The notes under the pieces are model-generated. The model made no database searches. It had not been told where the DNA came from and saw nothing but the letters and a program-made list of their open reading frames with translations. A stretch of 63,867 nt of DNA, the filler included, from Choristocarpus tenellus KU-1152 (taxonomy: Eukaryota; Protista; Phaeophyceae), in NCBI GenBank assembly GCA_964200185.2. It is 9 parts of 9 records of this genome, joined end to end, with 100 filler letters (N's around TTAATTAATTAA, not from the genome) between each part and the next. Parts side by side here need not be neighbours in the genome. Positions count along the whole stretch, not along the records: positions 49,271 to 53,877 come from CAXNAD020013812.1; positions 53,978 to 58,874 come from CAXNAD020012622.1; positions 58,975 to 63,867 come from CAXNAD020012639.1; 6 more parts are not named here. One strand, given 5' to 3'. The position numbers and the translations under genes are program-made. Shown here piece after piece: positions 53,100-63,867 of this stretch; the first letter of the stretch is position 1, and each line of letters opens with the position of its first letter.

Positions 53100-53380
53100 G
53101 ATTGTTGGTGTGACTCTTGTTGGTGTTACTCTTGTTGATGTGACTCTTGTTGGTATGACTCTTGTTGGTTACAGTGTACGCGTGATTTGGTTCGTTTTAT
53201 TTAACTTTATGGAGTGATTAGGTTATTATCTCTCCTCATTTTACCAACTTTTGGAGTGATTTGTTCACTGCATCTCATTGTTTTATTTAACTTTTTGGGG
53301 TGATTTGGTTATTATCTCTCCTCATTTTATCAACTTTTGGAGTGATTTGTTCATTATCTCGTATGATTTTATTTAACTTC
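53100..53380. repeat. 15-bp and ~80-bp local tandem repeats
   Basis: TGTGACTCTTGTTGG x4-5, then a duplicated TTTTATTTAACTTT..GTGATT.GGTTATTATCTCTCCTCATTTTA block. Confidence 0.75.
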
Positions 53381-54470
53381 ATATTAAATTACTTGTCCCC
53401 AAGTGCCAAGAGAAGGTACTTGTGTATCGGTGCTCTGTCCGTACCTCTTCTTGACAAACGAGTCTAACCTCATGGTGTAACAGGAAAGAACAATTGTATA
53501 CGAATCTGACGCTGTAATTAGGTTAAAAAAAAACAATTTGCATGAACTTTACATCCTACTTAAACAGGAAAAATGAAAATACGGGCTACGAATCTCATGT
53601 TATTGTAATTCGAAAGGAGAAAATAAAAAAAATTGAGTACAAATCTCACGTTCGAATTTAATAGAAAAAAAATGAAAAAAAAAATGAGTACAAATCTTTG
53701 GGTACTAGTGCTATTGTGGTGTTAATTATTATGTTACCTCACTAGGTTGCCTTGTTGGTCCATGATCATCGTTGCAAATAATTCCACCACCCTTCTTTAG
53801 GACTGGTGCATTGTGGAAGCCCCACTAGGGAGGTGGAGGTAGGTCAGATGGTGTCTTAGTGTGTCTCATGTCACGTANNNNNNNNNNNNNNNNNNNNNNN
53901 NNNNNNNNNNNNNNNNNNNNNTTAATTAATTAANNNNNNNNNNNNNNNNNNNNNNNNNNNNNNNNNNNNNNNNNNNNTTTTTTTTTTTTTTGGTTTTGGT
54001 TTTGTTGTTTTGTGGGTCGTGGAGCGGGGGGGGGGGGGGGGGGGGGGGGGGCAAAAAGTGGTGTTTGAGAGGAGGTGTACCACACACAACAACACCGGCT
54101 CTATTTGCTTTTGGGATTGTGAGACAGCCCTTTCCAATCTAAGAAGCTTCCTGGAAGAAAAAGATGTCGCCTTGGTTTGCTATTTACCATCACTTATTCG
54201 TTGTCAAGCATTGCTCGTGTTATTACTTGATACCATTTTGATTTTATTTATTTTTTCATAAACTGCGGTGAGTTATTTTAATTAGTTTTATAATATTTGC
54301 ATCGCCTTGCCTTTCTCTTTTCTTTGTTTCTTTGTGGTGTTAGGGTGCGCCTGGAGTTCTATTGGTACTTGAGCATCCCCCTCCCCCCCCTGTTTATATC
54401 GCCCGTGCGCCGTACAGAATACACCTCTATAAATTTTTTCCCTCTACCATGTCCTGATTGGCCTTAACAG

Positions 54471-56785
54471 TGCATTTCATCAGGAGTGTTTGTCGCCCCC
54501 CCTTAAGGCGGACTCCTTTCCCAGCGTAGAGGAGGATTGGTTCTGTTGGCAGTGCGAGTGTCTGCTAGACTGCCTGGACATGCTTGAGGGAGAGTTCCAG
54601 GTCTGTGTATTGTTGTTTTTAAGACCAGTTGGACACGGTTCTTGGGCTTGATGGAGATGGGTATTTGGTACCTCCTTTTCACTACATTGCTCTATTTTTT
54701 ATTGTATTATTTTTATATATTATTTTTTCTTTCTCGCCGACAGTTGTCAGCTGCATCATTTGCTCCTGGTTTTTATTGACTTCATTGGTGCAGTGAATAT
54801 TTTCAATTCCATTCCTTTTGTTTTTTTGTGGAGTGAACTGGTTAAGGATGCTTCTACTAACCAAAAGTGCAGTGAGTAGTATAATTAAAAGGAAGTGTAT
54901 GTGTTGTATGTGTTAACATATTTCATGCTCAAAGTAACGAGGGTGTTCCTTTGTGGACCGAACAAAACAGTTAAAAGCTGTCAGTCAGTAAGGCATCTAA
55001 TACTAATTTATATACCCCAGTTTTTATCCTTTGTGGCTGCTAAGCTGGCTTGAATCTGTTTTGCAACTGATATTTTTGGAATCAACAAGAGTGTTGTCTC
55101 ATGGAACACTCATAAATATTGTCTCTGTAAGACAGTCAGTACCGTGATGTCTTGCATTTTGCTGTATCATTTTCTATTTTATTAATCTTTTTGTTGTTTG
55201 TGCTTGTGTAAGTAGTGCCTCTAGTAAATAGACGCATACTTGCATATAGCAGGGATGATAGCGATATGTATTCTTGATGAGTATGTAACTGTCAAAGTGG
55301 GTCTAACCTTACGTAGTGTCACCCAATGACATGTACACGAAAGCTGTTCCGATTCTGATGTCACCTGTCTCCTTCCCACCTTGCTTTACAATTGAAAGGG
55401 TCGACATTTCAACACCTGGCATGCTGTATTCCCTGAAGCAGAGGCGCCTCCTGAGGGAGAGGATGACCACCAAAAGGGTGTTGATTCTGCTGTTCTGTAT
55501 GCAGAGGGGGGGTCAGATACGGAGGAGGATGGTGACTTTGAGGTGTGTGCACCTGAGTCGGACGGAGGGAGGGGTTGTTAGTTACTCCATGGGTGATTTT
55601 GAGTGGTTAGAGGTTTGAGTGAAAATACCTATGTGAGAGCACCATGCATACACGCCTCTCTATCTATGCACCCATAGATCCAGATCCCTCTACAATGTTT
55701 TTATTATTATTATAATATTATCTTAAGTGTGGGGACTATCCCCGCCCATAGTCAGAGACACTACACAATTCCATAGCTGTCATACCAAGTACTTTGTAGT
55801 AGTACTGTTGTTGCTTTTACTATCTGTTGCACTGTGTATGACTTATAATGTATTGTTACTGTTCCTATCTGTCCACACCTTCCTTCTCGTGCATTTGGTT
55901 CAACCATCCCAAGAATCGTCACTCTGCCTCCTCCCTTGAATCTTGTCCTGAAACCACCTCAGCATCGCTCGGTAGTGAAAGCCTTCCCACCTCCTCTAGG
56001 TCCAGTGTTTTGTTCTATGTTTTGTTCTATGATGACAGATAGTGGTGTACAATCGATTTGTAATTTTTTGTAATGCTTGTCACATGGGCTTTGGAGAATC
56101 GAAATCAGATTTCATGGAAGCAAGTCTGGCATCGATGGAGTCCAGACCCCACCAAAATCATGCAGGAAACAGCTTTCATTAAGCACTTAGCCACAAGGAT
56201 GCTCAATACATACACCACACGCACATAGTCAATGCAAATGGGTATCCCTGCGCACTCACATAAACCACAGGTGCACAGGGAACGTCTGTGTGTAATAGCA
56301 CACCTAGCACACAAAAAAAAGTGTATATTTGAGCATGTAGGCATATGAATCCAACCAATCGCTTCGAAACACAGCTACTGCACAAATGTATATACCTTGG
56401 TTAGTCAAAGTAGAAATCACCACTGCTGAGATCTGATTAGAAGCTGTGGTACCAACCCTTCAACTTCAGTCGTCATCACCCCCTCACTGCATACCTATGC
56501 ACTAATCTAACCCACATCCATGTAGGTTCTGCCCAATTCAAGTTTTGTTTTATAATTATGTTTTAATGAATGCTGCACACACGTTCCTGTGTTATATCTA
56601 AGGAGGGGGGCTCTGACGACAGCAGCGAGGGGGGCTCTGGTAGCGGAGAAGATGAATCTGGTATGAGTGATGTGGAGAGCGTGGGTGCAGGAGAGTTGGC
56701 TGCTCTAAGTGATGCGGGCACTAGTGGGGACAGTGATGGTGAAGACTTTTCAGACTTGTCAGGGGTGTCTCTTCCCAAAGAAAAT
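54471..56785 (+). CDS. PHD finger protein, PRH/HAT3.1-like; partial, exons 54471-54600, 55399-55542, 56603-56785
   Basis: AFHQECLSPPLKADSFPSVEEDWFCWQCECLLDCLDMLEGEFQ|GRHFNTWHAVFPEA...GSDTEEDGDFE|acidic tract, joined by in-phase GT-AG splicing. Confidence 0.8.
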
Positions 56786-59178
56786 GTAAGGGTGTTGTCA
56801 TTACTGTGGTTGTGGGCGTGCTGAGGTTGGGATTTGTGGATGGGGCGGGGGGGATGGGTGTTGTAAATGAAAACATTTGAAATGGGTAGCCTACACAGAA
56901 GTAGATCCGTCATCTCCAAAAGTAGATTCTGACACAGAGTGAGAGATAGATGTGTAGGTATGGAGTGAGGGGGTGAGGAAGATTGAAATTGAAGAGTTAG
57001 TAATCCTTTTTTTTATCAGATGCCTGTAGTGGTGACTTCTATATTGACTAACCAAGGTGGGATACATTTGTGTAGTAGTCGTATTATGAAGTCAAAGGTT
57101 TGGATCAGGAGTTTACAGGGTTGCATATTTTGGAGGTACAGCTGTTACTATTACCACTGTTTTTGTTCTTGGCTGGGGGGGTTTCAGTGTAGTAGGCGCA
57201 ATGGTTTTGTTGGTGTGTAGCAAGGCCTTTTGGATTTTGTGAGTGTGAATTTGTTCAGTGACTGCTGTGGCTGGACAACAAGATGTTGTGTTACAAAATA
57301 AATAAATGATAGTATAGCAGCCCGTCAAAGGGGAGTGGAGTGGTACTCTCTAATGAAGATATATTGACTTCCCAGGGAGTTTAGGTTAATGTTGTTGGAA
57401 GAGAGGTAACTTCTTTTTTTTCCGTATTGATTGGGAAGACAGTACCGTATCTAAAGAAGTATGTGGTTCAAGTCATGGAGTTCTTAGGGTTGCGTTTTCT
57501 GGTGGTGGCAAAGGAGAGCAAGTCATTGACAGTGGCATCAGATTTGATCGATCACTTCTGGTGTGTTTAGTTCCCTCCCTTTTTTCTATGATAGGTGGCT
57601 GTGAGCATCTTACAAGTTAGTGCTGAGGAGGGGAATGAGGGGTGAATGAGCTTGGTTTCAGATTTTTGACAATTTTGTTTGTCTATAGCCTTCAGAAGTT
57701 TGTGAACATGTCCTTTTCATGGGGTGTTTTTGGTGGTTGATTTGCTGAAGCTGATCTTGGTGCGCTTCCTCTTGTAGAAAGTCAAATAATGTATCTCATG
57801 GCAGTAAACACTATTTATTTTTAATGGGGAGCAAGGCGAAGCGTTTTTTCATCTGCCAAGAGGTTTTTTGCACACTTGTCTTTAGGTCCACAGGTAATGG
57901 CAAACAAGATGGATGGGCTTGGTTGGTAGCAATTCTAAGTCGAACATCCTGTCAAAAATGCTTAGAAAGAAATAGTAGGGAGGGGAAAGCAGGGGAAGGA
58001 AGGGTTGTCTGACCATAGTTACAGATATCCACCTCTCCACATGTAGTAATAGCCACAAGAATCTTGTTTTGAAGCCCCCCCCGCCCCCCCATAAGAGAAC
58101 AGGTGGAAGTAGGCTGTGTCTTCTGGGGAGTGTGTAAATATGTTTGATGGCGTTGATGTCCAAACACTTGTGTAGATGTGCTTATGGTACTCTTTTTTAT
58201 CTTTCTTGCTGAGGCCAAGCTGGCAGGCTGGTAGAGCCCATGTAGCTATTTTTTATTTTAGTGCATCTATTTTGAGTGTAATTGGAGTACCAGTACAATT
58301 ACTAATGTGTGTGGGTTTTTTAAACCACGCCTTACAATGGAAAAATTGTTTTTATCTCCATTCCCCCACACCTCTAAACCAACACCTGGTATGCTGTGCT
58401 GGACAAGAATATCTTCTTAGTTCCAAGTATAAGAACAGCAATTAAAGTTACATTACTTTAGAAGTAGAACTTCATGCATGAGGAAATAAGCAATATTGCT
58501 GGAAGAGGGGTGAATTCAAGTAGGTGGTGCCTACGTCCATCAAATTTTGAAACATAATGTAGTATGAAAGGTTATTTTGAAGGATGGAGCAAGAAAAAAA
58601 AAATCCTCTACCTATATATATATAAGAATTAATCTTGCCATTTCAAATCCCAAACTCAAATGGTTCCTGCGTATGACTTTGCTCCTTCACCTTTATTGCT
58701 GTGCCTTTGTGTCTCCCCATTTCCCCCACCTTCCCCCAAATTGAACCCATGACATTGGTGTTGGGAAGAGGTGGGGTGGAGAAGGAGATGATAATGGCGA
58801 TAAGTGTGTTGCCAAGCGTAGAGTCTTCAAGCGTAAGCGGCGTGGCACCAACAGCCAGGGGGGGGGGGGGGGGGNNNNNNNNNNNNNNNNNNNNNNNNNN
58901 NNNNNNNNNNNNNNNNNNTTAATTAATTAANNNNNNNNNNNNNNNNNNNNNNNNNNNNNNNNNNNNNNNNNNNNCGCCGACACCCCCTCCCCCCAGATAC
59001 TTTGACCCCCAATACCAACACACACACACACACAAAAGATTTTGGACAATTAAAACAGGATGAAAATTAGAAATAGACACAGACATAATAAAACAATAAT
59101 AAACTTTAAAATCAAGATACAGTAAGGTATGAAACTAGCACAACCCCTCTCCCCCTCCCCTTCCCTTTCTCACCAAAC

Positions 59179-62100
59179 CTAAAGCGGGCTTGATTGTCTG
59201 GAATTAGTAATGCAGCTGCCAACGAATTGAAGAGGTTTTCAACGCACTCCTCCTCCTGCAGGGAGAAAGTATATGCACAAAAAAATAAAATAAAATAATT
59301 GTTTTACCTTTTTTTTATTGGAAAAAATAGAATTAGGTTTTATGTCACAAGTAAACCAATAGAATGTCTTCACTTCTAATGTCATCAGGTAACAAATCCT
59401 ACTGCAGAAAATCACACACATAAAGCAATATATACATAATTTAATAAAAAACAATGGAGTAGCTCTCATGTCAAGTCAGCCAACAGAATGTCTTGGCTTT
59501 CTATTATTTGTACACACCTCGGACAGCACAACACTCAACACTGTGTTATACCCCATAACACTAAAAAAAACACATGCAACACAATGTAGTGCCAGTATCA
59601 CCCCAGTCCAAACACACACACAACACATACTGCTCTTTTAACCCAGTGCACATTACGCCACAACACAAAATGTTACGATATAACATTGTGTTGTGGGACA
59701 ACACAGTGTTACTGATTAACACTCTCCAAAGTGTTGCGATAGCACCCCACTGTGTTCTGCCGTTACATAACACTATGAGTTATTCTAATGAAATGGAAGG
59801 CGTCAAACTAAGATCAATAGACTTGACAAGATAGAAGTGTCTCTCAGCATTGGATTCGATCATACTGCGTTTCTGTTCCAATTGTTGTATGGTGATGACT
59901 TTCATCTGTAAAGGAAAAAAAAAAAGCTTCATCACTTTCTTCATTAATGTTTTGAACCTCACATAGGTTCCCCTCAACCATGCAAGTACACCCACGATCA
60001 CAGTATCTCACAACATAACATCCTATTTTTTTCATTTATTATTTAGCACAAAAGTGTTGCAGCATAACAGGACGTCAAAACACTGCATTGGTGTCATGAC
60101 ACATATTTCATAACATAACATAACACGCTATTTTATTTCATTTTTTATTTAACACAAAAGTGTTGCAGCATAACAGGACATTGTCGCACTACATCAGTAT
60201 CATGACACAAAATGTGTTATGTTCAAAGGCCAACACTATGTTATATTCATAGCACTCACAACAAAAAGTATTAGGGCTTTTTTTTCACCAGGCCCGCCAG
60301 TGGCCTGGCCATGTTGAAACGGTTGATGGCAATGGACTCAGTCACAATCGAAATTGGTTTTACATGGCTGGCCTGTGGCCCAGATCAGGTAGAGTAGTGA
60401 AGGCCATGGACTTGGCCATGTTAGAACATTTCATCTATGGCCAAGTCAGGTAATACATATCGGACTCTCAGGCTGGCCATGTAATGGCCATGACTCCAAA
60501 CTTGCCATGCACTCTAGTTATACCTTGTACCTTGTATGTATATATATCGACATTTCTAAGTATCGTTTTCTGTTTTATTATTTTAGACAATATTAAAAAT
60601 AAAAAAGTGAACATACAAACACAACGTTGTGGGTTTGGTGTTTAGGTGACTTGAGGAGATTTGTGACTTAGATGTATTTGGACACTAACACTAATAATTC
60701 ATCAAGGGTAATTTTTTTTTTTTAATTAAAAAAAATAGGAAATTCTAAATCTGTAAACTCAAAAATAAAACAAGATCCATGCACACACGGTTTTTGGTAT
60801 AAAATATTCACAATTTTGGAACCAAGAAAGGTTCAGAGACGATTTCAAAGAATACCATCTATTAGGCACATACCAAAGTACACCTTAAACTTCAAAATAT
60901 ACACATTCACAATTAGAACATGTTAGAGAATGATGGAACCGGTCCGGTCAGCGGACATGGACCTGTTCAATACCTAGTGGATATGAACCGGGATATTTTA
61001 AATATTTGTGGGACTGGTCCAGTCAGCGGACATGGATCGGTTCAACACCTAGTGGATATGGACTGGGACATTTCAAATATTTGTGGGACCGGTCCAGTCA
61101 GTGGACATGGATCGGTTCAACACCTAGTGGACATGGACCGGGACATTTCAAATATATTTGTGGGACCGGTCCAGTCAAGGGACATGGATCCATTTTTAAT
61201 TTGCGGCCCTTGTGAAAAGCCCCGAGAAATATATGCAATACTACTATGCAGTACCCCACCCATGTCACCCTCCAGACCAAATCGTGTGTAACATATGCTA
61301 GGTACATTGCAGTATGCAAAATCTTAACATCACTCCATTACACAGATTCAAAATGTCTAAGTTGAAAATCATCCAACTCCACAACATCTGTATAAAAATT
61401 GAGGAGACCCACGGGTCAAGCCATGAACCAAACGGACACCACCACCATGTTGCAGACAGAGGAAAACAATACCCTTCAACACCATCAGGGCTAAAATTGA
61501 TTGTACTATATAAAACAGGCCCACAAGTTCCACCTCACTTGTAAAAAATACTCATGCTGAGATGGAGTTACGAAGAGATTAATCTCCACCAATCAAATCA
61601 TCTATAAATGTAACCACAAGCCAATGGGGTGCATTGATTCTCGAATTAAACATCCCATCCATCGTTCCTCTTTTGGACAAATCACTATAATGCACATTCA
61701 TGCGGATGCACCTTCATAAACAAACACATCTTTAGAGACTAAGGTGTACCCTACAAATATCAATGAAGGTACAGTCACGCAAGAATCTCCACAACTCCCA
61801 CAGTCTCGGCACAACCCCTGAAACACATTAGACCAAATATGCACACACAATGTTTTATGTACATAAACTAAATTCCCATAAAAATGTTAAATACACAACA
61901 GACGCACACATAGATTCGGTACAAACCATATGTACACATCAACTAAATACACACACATGCTGTTAAATACACATAGACAAGAACATCAACCTGTTGAATA
62001 CATAGTAGACACTAACATAAATGTACTACAAGTATATACATATGCAAATAAAAAAAAACACACACACACACAAACAAAAAAACAAGTGGAAGAAATCAAC

Positions 62101-63341
62101 ACACCTCTGGAGACTGAGGCTCCCTCCTCCGATAATAAGCCACCACCTGAAGTAGCATGTCAATACCATCCATACCTATCAATCGCAAAACAAAAGATGG
62201 AACAAGAACAGAATTGAACGGTATTGCAAAGATCTTTCGCTTTACCATTGGTTGATACATACGCAACAGCCAATCAGAGAGAGGCATTACCAAACACAAA
62301 ATCACAAAAAAAAGTAAGTACGCAACCTTTTGTCTCACAACCCTAACCCTAACAATAACACACACAAAACAACGGCTAACTCGGTAAACAAAAAAGAATA
62401 ATTAATTTAAAATAAAAAATAACTACTTATTTGAACTGCACTGTATATATATCTCAATTCGTCTCATCCGTGGGAGGGGGGGGGGGAAATCATGACAAAG
62501 GAGAAAAATTGCCAGTGTCGCAATTTAAAAAAAAAAGACAAAAATCACTAATCCAAAATAAAAAAAAGATGAAACGCCTCAAAATAATTTCAGCGTACTC
62601 TCAGGACACAAACCAACATGCACGAATCGCTGAGGTCTGCGAGCCGAACGCACAGAATGTGTTTGAACGAGAAACAAATACATGTATATATGTATACATA
62701 TATTTATTTATATATACATGTATTTCACAACGACCTGTCGATCCCCTTTTAGAAAAAAATCACTATTTAATCAAATCGTAGCAATTGAACTACTTTTATA
62801 TTTTTATTTTATATTTTATTTTATAACATTTTTCACCAACAGCACCACCACCGTCTCTATGTCTCAGCCAATGAGATGCATTTGCCACGTGAAGAACCCT
62901 ACGGCGCTCCTTCAACAATGCCATTACTCACTCCAAAATCACACCCTTACAAATGTACCTTTAACGGTCCGAGCTGTACCAATCTGTAGCCAGAAAAAGG
63001 TACAACAACAACACTACAGAAGAGAGCAAAAAGAACAACTTGAAAAGCAACAAAAACACACAAAATAAAAATAAAAATAAATAGAAAAAAATGAGGATTA
63101 GGGGTTACAGAAATCATGCATCATAGGATCAGTAGGATAAACCCCCCCCCCAAAAAAAGTTCTTACCCTGCAAGGTACCCAGTCTCCTCTGAACATCACT
63201 ATCGCCATTCACCAGCATGGCCAGGATCTCCGAGCAGTATAGCTTGTTCTCATCGAACTTCTTCACCGAGAGCCTCTTCAGCAGAAATCGGAGCACACTC
63301 ATAGGGGGTTCACACAATGTGGGACCAAGGCTTGGGCATGC
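59179..63341 (-). CDS. CTNNBL1: Beta-catenin-like protein 1 (Prp19 complex); partial, exons 63167-63341, 62105-62175, 59179-59255
   Basis: LRFLLKRLSVKKFDENKLYCSEILAMLV...LGTLQ|GMDGIDMLLQVVAYYRRREPQSPE|EECVENLFNSLAAALLIPDNQARF matches the CTNNBL1 core; splice phases are consistent. Confidence 0.9.
60272..61224 (+). mobile_element. Non-autonomous hAT-like family D in CTNNBL1 intron
   Basis: TIR TAGGGCTTTT(T)CACCAGGCCCGC...GCGGCCCTTGTGAAAAGCCCCG; imperfect 8-bp flanks AAAAGTAT/AGAAATAT; ~61-bp subterminal tandem repeats at 60935-61195. Confidence 0.7.
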
Positions 63342-63768
63342 CTTGGGTTTTGTATTCCGGGGGGGTGGCGTGTTGGGTGCGATTGGAGGCAAAGGGGGTT
63401 TGGACACGAGGAGTGTGGAGACTTCAGCGAAGTGAAGCTCTGTGTGTGTGTGTGTGTGTCATCAGTACTGTACCTACGTAAAATAATCACCTGGAGCTTT
63501 TTGGAGGGATGTTCTTGAAGAAGAGGCATGTGCATTCTATTGGGTGGACTTCTTGCATTCATTGTTGAGACGTCATAGGGATACAACAAACACTGTACGT
63601 GTCCATATCAATAGTTGTGTGGAAAGTATTGAAAGTCTGACACAGACTAGTGCCTTCCATGTAGTACAAGTCGACTCTGACCTGCCTCTGTAATCCAGAG
63701 TAGGAAACATGGACCCCTATCAATATCAAATTATCAAGATTACAGGTCATACACCATACCCTGGCAAT

Positions 63769-63782
63769 GGCTCAAAGTATCT

Positions 63783-63818
<36 letters not shown>

Positions 63819-63867
63819 AGGCCCCCCCTCGACCCCCCCGCCCCCCCCGAACCGCTTCCCCCCCTTT
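63769..63867. mobile_element. MITE family B terminus (similar stubs at 21571, 26665, 26805-26842, 45690, 49271-49349, 58975-59009)
   Basis: GGCTCAAAGTATCTGGGGG followed by poly-G. Confidence 0.8.

Noticed and set aside
60935-61195. CRISPR-like array or repeat-protein ORF 60920-61291
   Set aside because: Contiguous tandem units with no unique spacers, inside a TIR element within an intron; no cas genes.
1958-63341. Functional gene cluster (GS, carboxylase, sdhA, ubiquitin and splicing genes)
   Set aside because: Most of these genes lie on separate contigs joined artificially, so co-location is not evidence.

Overview
Eukaryotic, intron-rich nuclear DNA, most likely from a photosynthetic stramenopile such as a brown alga or relative. 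This is inferred from a heterokont-type signal+'AF' plastid-targeting presequence, dense GT-AG introns and TTAGGG repeats. The window is not one locus: it is about nine contigs joined by 100-nt N44-TTAATTAATTAA-N44 linkers, so adjacency across linkers carries no meaning. Supported genes: a complete 8-exon plastid-targeted glutamine synthetase II; an F-box + tandem Tudor/Agenet-like gene; a RING-H2 E3 ligase whose last intron holds both an elongator tRNA-Met gene and a divergent, bacterial-looking sdhA fragment; and partial biotin carboxylase (PCCA-like), PRH/HAT3.1-like PHD finger and CTNNBL1 genes. Much of the rest is mobile DNA: about 20 copies or fragments of related MITEs sharing a G....AAAGTATCT terminus with 3-4 bp TSDs, a hAT-like non-autonomous family, nested Ty1/copia remnants with a solo LTR, tRNA-derived SINE-like pieces, and a foldback-like array of ~120-bp units. 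All assignments come from reading the sequence; no searches were run.
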